A stretch of DNA of 64,000 nt from the human T2T-CHM13v2.0 reference genome, Homo sapiens, in assembly GCF_009914755.1 (NCBI RefSeq), contig NC_060925.1. One strand, given 5' to 3'. A program made the position numbers and the translations under genes. Shown here one piece after another: positions 61,633-64,000 of this stretch (position 1 is the stretch's first letter; the number at the start of each line of letters is the position of its first letter). The notes under the pieces are model-generated. The model was not told the origin of the DNA. It ran no database searches and saw only the letters and a list, made by a program, of their open reading frames with translations.

Positions 61633-62125
61633 TGAGAGGCGAAGCCAGCTGGACTTCCTGGGTAAAGTGGGGACTTGGAGAACTTTTGTCTGACGAGAGG
61701 ATTATAAAATGCACCAATCAGCACTCTGTAGCTAGCAAGGGGATTGTAAAATGCTTCAATCAGCACTCTGTAAAAACGCACCAATCAGTGCTCTGTAAAA
61801 TGCACCAATCAGAAAGATCCTCAAAGTAGCCAATGGCAGGGAGGATTGAAAAAAAGGCACTCTGATAAGACAAAAACAGAACATGGGCAGGGACAAATAA
61901 GGGAATAAAAGCTGGACAACCCAGCCAACAGTGGCAATCCGCTCGGGTCCCCTTCGACACTGTGGAAGCTTTGTTGTTTCACTCTTCACAATAAATCTTG
62001 CTGCTGCTCACTCTTTGGGTCCGTGCCACCTTTAAAAGCTGTAACACTCACTGTGAAGGTCGAAGGCTTCATTCTTGAAGTCAGTGAGACCACAAACCCA
62101 CCGGCAGGAACCAACTCCAGACACA
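61633..62125 (+). mobile_element. LTR12-family (ERV9; LTR12F-like) solo LTR
   Basis: tgagaggcgaagccagctggacttcctggg...ccagacaca; tandem gcaccaatcag repeats; 4-bp TSD ataa at 61629-61632 and 62126-62129. Confidence 0.93.
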
Positions 62126-62694
62126 ATAAGACAGGATGGCCAGGCCAGGGAATTGCTAGTATGGCCAGAGTCCAATAATGCAAGGGATATTAGGACAAGT
62201 TGCTGGAGAGGTAGATCAGGGTAAGAAAATAAGGAGCCATTGGAGGCTTTTAAGTGAAAGAGTGACATTTTGAATTTTATTATTAAAAGGTTTCTCTAGT
62301 GGCAGTATAAATATAAAATGAGACTTGTAAAAAGCTTGAAATAGGAGCCAGTAATAATACTTAGCACTATATTGCAAAAGGCCAAGCAAGAATTGATGGA
62401 GACTCACATGAAGCAATGAAAGGAAGGAGTGGATTACAAAGATAGAATCTTCAGGTGTTTGTTAAGGGATAAACTCTTCTTACCACTTGATAATTTTATA
62501 TAAATACTTAATTGGCTTTCATAGGAAAGAAGGGACAAACCAGTAATATTTATGAAAAACAGTAATACAGAAATTTCCCCTCATCAAAGAACAATGAGAT
62601 TATCTGAGATATGAGTTAATGATCAATACAGAACTTGAAGAGAAAGTTGGACAATTATTTGGCAGGTTTGGATTAGATAAGCAAAGGTTACAAC

Positions 62695-63021
62695 CAGAGG
62701 TGAATTTATTAAAAGAAGCAAATGAAATTTAAGCTTTAAGGTTCCTCAGTTACAAGGGCCCTTGTGAGGGTTGAGGACTGCCTAGAGCTATGAGCAGGAA
62801 GGGAAAGCAAGCCTGTACTTCTTCAAAGCACTTCTAGTAAATAGCCTAAAGAGACTTCAGCAGAAAGGAACTTGAATCCCCAAGGTGCCAGTAACGTATT
62901 GTGATCTCCTTTCTTTTTCTGAAGATATAATTTTATATTCATATTTTGTACAATTCTTCATATAGAGGACTCTCAGAAATTATATAAACTTCAGGCCACA
63001 TAAAACCTGGAACTGCCCTTG
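62695..63021 (+). mobile_element. hAT-Tip100 fossil, Arthur1/MER69-like
   Basis: cagaggtgaattt...aatgaaatttaagcttt; ends cttcaggccacataaaacctggaactgcccttg. Confidence 0.65.
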
Positions 63022-63513
63022 CTTCCAGCCTTCAGGCTTCTTTAGCATTAACAAATGGAGAGAACTTAGTCTAACTCCTGGAGTTGAATATTTTTATCTT
63101 GATGTACAGGAATTAATTCTCCAAGTAAACAAATAAGGTGATTTCTTTAAAACATATTAAGAGCTATTAACCAGCAATTAAACATTAAATGCATGATGAA
63201 TAATTAATGTTTTATATGTCATCATACAATGATGAATAACAATAGGGATTTGAAGGTTGAGGGACATTTTCAAAATCATTCTTCTTCAAAGATTAAAAAT
63301 GCTTTCTGATACATGTTTTTAAGTGGATGTACTATTGATTTTACATTGATTGAATGGCAGTCAAAAGATCTGATTTAGCTCTATGTTTATCATTGATTAC
63401 CTTTGTGACCTTGGGCCTATGACAGGTAACTTTTCTATTCTAACTCTGAAAAGATTTTTACATTAACTTCTCTCCGTTTCCAATGAATCTTCTCTCACTC
63501 AGTCTGTAGTAAC

Positions 63514-63974
63514 TGAGAAAGAAAAAATTTTTTATTTGAGGAATGTGAGCCCCTTTTAAATTATCAGGCCCAGAGAGGTACTGAAATGTGGCAGTAGTCA
63601 CATCTCACTCCTCAACTTGAGCTAAGTAATCATTTTGAAGCTGCCTACTATATGAACTCTACACTGAGTGTCGCCACCAACAGTTTATAAATTAACCTAA
63701 TACCATATGCTGGGCACATAACTCTTATCCTTTTTTTCAACAACGTGCAGCCAATCACTAATCAATGTTATTTCCAGAAATCAATGACAATCCCTGAAAA
63801 ACAACTTTTCTAATCACTCCCATTCCTAATTTGTCCTTTCTTTCTTTAAAATCTTGAGCCTCTCCTTTGTTTTCCCAGAGCACTCAACAGTGTTAGCCAG
63901 GCCGTAGTCCTTAACCTTGGCTCAAATAAGCTCTCTATATTAATTTTGCCTCAGTTTATTTATTTAGGTCAGAA
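63514..63974 (+). mobile_element. ERV1-class solo LTR (MER72/LTR48-like, subfamily uncertain)
   Basis: tgagaaag...tgaggaatgtgagcccctttt aaattatcaggcccagagagg; CCAAT box; ends ...ttaggtc. Confidence 0.7.
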
Positions 63975-64000
63975 AAACAAACTCCTGAAAGGTCTTCATG

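Noticed and set aside
61700-61815. Regularly spaced gcaccaatcag repeats resembling a CRISPR-like array
   Set aside because: These are the normal U3 tandem repeats of LTR12, in eukaryotic DNA with no unique spacers or cas genes.

Overview
Primate (most likely human) genomic DNA, AT-rich and dominated by transposable elements. It lies inside the very large introns of AGBL4 (cytosolic carboxypeptidase 6, CCP6), which is transcribed from the minus strand. The only genuine coding sequence is one 125-bp internal AGBL4 exon (37985-38109, minus; GNLGRVDQVSEFEYDLFIRPDTCNPRFRVWFNFTVENVKESQ) with canonical splice sites. The rest is nested L1 of many ages, Alu, MIR, L2, MaLR/ERVL/ERV1 LTRs, DNA transposon fossils (Tigger1, Tigger4, MER45A, Arthur1), a 5'-truncated RPS11 processed pseudogene and a decayed U6 retrocopy. 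Almost every ORF in the supplied track is repeat-derived or spurious. I see no new gene system. The most unusual signals are mechanistic fossils: (i) an MLT2A/THE1 LTR chimera of opposite orientations sharing one 5-bp target-site duplication inside an otherwise intact MIR; (ii) a near-full-length twin-primed L1PA whose inversion point matches the homologous ORF2 position of the older L1 it landed in, creating a fold-back; (iii) up to five 5'-inverted L1s in 64 kb; (iv) a 171-bp local templated insertion carrying a short form of a GATA microsatellite. Repeat subfamily names come from remembered consensus sequences, not a search. Boundaries of old repeats are approximate.
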